Positions 21,743-24,000 of a stretch of 24,000 nt of DNA are shown here, piece after piece. Under the pieces are notes generated by a model that saw only the letters and a list, made by a program, of their open reading frames with translations, ran no database searches and had not been told where the DNA came from. The position numbers and the translations under genes were made by a program. Source of the stretch: Myxococcota bacterium (lineage in GTDB: Bacteria; Myxococcota_A; Polyangia; Polyangiales; Sandaracinaceae). Numbering within the stretch: position 1 is the first letter of the stretch; every line of letters begins with the position of its first letter. Location: contig JAYZQJ010000235.1 in NCBI GenBank assembly GCA_036149055.1, positions 1 through 24,000 on the forward strand, read 5' to 3'.

Positions 21743-22603
21743 ATGGAGAACGACAGCTCAAGCATGCGCCTCACGCGGGTGACCCCGCGTCGAGGACGCG
21801 CGCTCCTGGCGAACAAATACGAGCTGCGCGACCTGGTCGCGGTCGGCACGCTGACCGAGCTCGCGGTCGCGCATCAGCCCCTCATCGATCGGCGGGTCGC
21901 GCTCGACCTCGCGACCGGGAGCGGCCGGCGCGCGCCCTCGCGCTCGGGGGTGCGGAGCTACTTCCCGCTCGAGGTGGCCAAGCTCGAGCACCCCGCCCTC
22001 GCCAAGGTCTACGAGCTCTGCTGCGACGGTGACGCGGGCGCGTTCGTGGTGCTCGAGCACCTCGACGGGCCGACCCTGCAGGAGCAGGTGACCGAAGACG
22101 GGCCGCTCCGTCCCGCCGATGCCATCGCGCTCGGCCGGGCCCTGCTCGAGGTCGTCGCGGTGTTCCACGAGGCGGGGCTCGCCCACGCCGACCTGACCCC
22201 GAGCCACGTGGTCGCCGGCCGCCGGGGCACCCGGCTGCGTCACCACCCGCTCCGGGAGCTGATGGCGAGCGGCGAGGGGCCGCGGAGCAGCAGCTACAAC
22301 GCGCCCGAGCAGATCCTGCGGGAGCCGGCCAAGGCGACGACCGACCTGTTCCGGATCGCCTCGGTGCTGTTCTTCGCCATGACCGGCGCGCCCCCCTTCG
22401 CGGGCGACGACCTCGACGTGGCGGTGCTGCGGGGAAGCCGGCCGGCGGCGTCGGAGCTGCGCCCGGGGCTGTCGCGGGACGTCGACGACTTCTTCGACCG
22501 GGCGCTCGCCCGCGATCCCATCGACCGCTTCGGCACCGCCGCCGAGATGCGCGAGGCGCTTCGACTCCTCGCCCTCTTCTCCGGCTATGCTCGTCACGCA
22601 TGA
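21743..22603 (+). CDS. Hanks-type pseudokinase
   Basis: GGAG precedes ATG 21743. Kinase fold cues are present (KYEL, LEHPAL, LEHLDG, YNAPEQ, TGAPPF, DPIDRF), but it has VALD for VAxK, HADLTPSH for HRDxKPxN, and no DFG. Confidence 0.85.
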   Translation: MENDSSSMRLTRVTPRRGRALLANKYELRDLVAVGTLTELAVAHQPLIDRRVALDLATGSGRRAPSRSGVRSYFPLEVAKLEHPALAKVYELCCDGDAGAFVVLEHLDGPTLQEQVTEDGPLRPADAIALGRALLEVVAVFHEAGLAHADLTPSHVVAGRRGTRLRHHPLRELMASGEGPRSSSYNAPEQILREPAKATTDLFRIASVLFFAMTGAPPFAGDDLDVAVLRGSRPAASELRPGLSRDVDDFFDRALARDPIDRFGTAAEMREALRLLALFSGYARHA

Positions 22604-23700
22604 GCAGCGGCGAATGGAGCGCGCCCGCGTTCGGGAGGTTTCGCCTCCTCGGCGTCGCGGGTCGGGGCGGCATGGCCGTCGTCTACCGGGCGCAGACCGT
22701 CGGCGCGTCCGGCTTCTCGCGGCCCGTCGCGCTGAAGCAGCTGCTCCCCAAGCTCGTCCTGCAGGAGGACTTCGTCCGGCTCTTCGTCGAGGAGGCGCGG
22801 GTCTCGGCCCGGCTCGATCACCCGAACATCGTGCAGGTGCACGACTTCGGCACCGACGCGCACGGCCACTACTTCCTCGTGCTCGAGTGGGTCGAGGGGC
22901 TCGACCTCGGGCGCTGGCTGGACGGCCTGCCGCGCGGCGTGAAGCCGGAGTGGACGCACGTGGCCTCGCTGGGCTTGCAGATCCTCGACGCGCTCGACTT
23001 CGCGCACCGTCACACCGGGGACGCGGGCGAGTCGGCTCCGGTGATCCACCGCGACATCAGCCCCGGCAACATCCTCCTCGGCGCGCACGGTCACGTGAAG
23101 CTCGCGGACTTCGGCCTCGCGCGGGCGATGGACCGGACCCGCATGACCGACGAGGGGGTGATCAAAGGCAAGGTCTCTTACGTCGCGCCCGAGCTGGCGA
23201 AGGGCGCCGAGCCGAGCCCCCGCACCGATCTCTTCTCGCTGGGCGCCACGCTCTGGGAGACGCTCGCCCGCCGGCGCCTGTTCGACGGACCGAACGACCT
23301 GACGGTGTTGATGAAGATCCTGCGGGAGCCCATCCCGAAGCTCGCCAGCGCCCGCCCCGAGCTGCCCGCCGCGCTCTGCGCGGTGATCGACAAGGCGCTC
23401 GCCAAGGCGCCCGACGACCGCTGGCCGACCGCGCGGGCGATGCGCCGGGCCCTCGTCGAGGTCCTTCTCGACGCGCGTCGCCTCCCGGAGCCGCTCGAGA
23501 TCGCGCGCACCGTCGCGGCGGCGCGCGGCGCGAAGCGGCCCCCGTCCGAGCCGAGCCACGTGGTGCACACGCCCTCGCTGATGACCGACCTGCAGGCCCT
23601 CGCGCCGGACGACAGCGACGAGATCCCCTTCGACCTCGTCCCCGCCCAGGCGAACTCGGAGCCCTTCGAGCTCATCCCGCTCATCGATCCAGACTCCTGA
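22600..23700 (+). CDS. Cytoplasmic Ser/Thr protein kinase
   Basis: GRGGMAVV, VALK, HRDISPGN, DFG and APE are all intact. No TM segment. ATGA overlap with the pseudokinase. Confidence 0.95.
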   Translation: MSSGEWSAPAFGRFRLLGVAGRGGMAVVYRAQTVGASGFSRPVALKQLLPKLVLQEDFVRLFVEEARVSARLDHPNIVQVHDFGTDAHGHYFLVLEWVEGLDLGRWLDGLPRGVKPEWTHVASLGLQILDALDFAHRHTGDAGESAPVIHRDISPGNILLGAHGHVKLADFGLARAMDRTRMTDEGVIKGKVSYVAPELAKGAEPSPRTDLFSLGATLWETLARRRLFDGPNDLTVLMKILREPIPKLASARPELPAALCAVIDKALAKAPDDRWPTARAMRRALVEVLLDARRLPEPLEIARTVAAARGAKRPPSEPSHVVHTPSLMTDLQALAPDDSDEIPFDLVPAQANSEPFELIPLIDPDS

Positions 23701-23704
23701 CGCC

Positions 23705-24000
23705 GCGACGAGCGCAGCGAGGTCGCCGCCCGCGCCACTCGAGTCGTTCGATCCCGCGCCAGCGGGCGGCCAGCGAGCGCGAGCCGCGACGGCAGGCGAC
23801 GAGCGCAGCGAGGTCGCCGCCCGCGCGATGCCACCGTTCGATCCCGCGGCAGCCGGGCGGCCAGCGAGCGCAACGCGCGAGCGCGAGCCGCAGGGCCCCC
23901 CGCGCCCCGCGCTGGGGTCGCGGCGCGAGCGCGAAGCGCGAGGCGCCGGCGGAGTCGGGAGGGGGGCCATTGGCGCTTTGCCCAATGGGGGGAGGGTTTG
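23705..24000. repeat. REP-like intergenic repeat/hairpin region
   Basis: Two imperfect direct copies start at 23705 and 23796 (91 nt apart; first 31 nt identical). Hairpins at 23921-23948 and 23967-23988. Probably continues past the window. Confidence 0.75.

Noticed and set aside
21743..22603. Pseudogene call for the degenerate kinase
   Set aside because: No stops or frameshifts, normal codon bias, and an SD plus translational coupling are retained.
23608..23631. SSB C-terminal mimic (DDSDEIPF)
   Set aside because: The SSB-tail motif needs a free C-terminal Phe. Here it lies more than 20 residues from the end.
23705..23890. CRISPR array
   Set aside because: Only two copies, the intervening sequence is also largely repeated, and no cas genes are in the window.

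Overview
Very GC-rich bacterial DNA. The gene content (FHA/PP2C/Hanks kinases, TPR and PEGA proteins, an AgmX-like C-terminal domain) suggests a myxobacterium; this is an inference. I call 17 CDS. (1) A + strand signalling cluster: partial tandem-FHA protein, membrane PP2C phosphatase, FHA-TM-trypsin-like protein lacking the catalytic Ser, TPR/AgmX-like protein, and a hypothetical protein. (2) On the - strand: two TPR-like envelope proteins and a phospho-sugar mutase. (3) A - strand Cu/Ag efflux operon (cusC-cusB-cusA-cupredoxin) led by a Cys-pair/RPP-containing upstream ORF. The end of that ORF can base-pair over the cusC Shine-Dalgarno, the best candidate here for a little-described regulatory system (metal-responsive leader-peptide switch). 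(4) A c-type haem lipoprotein divergent from an SNF2 helicase-pseudokinase-kinase cluster, with an NrdR-box-like site between them. (5) A REP-like intergenic repeat region at the right end. Several genes have a -10 box 7-8 nt before the ATG, suggesting leaderless mRNAs. All calls come from reading motifs by eye; no searches were run.
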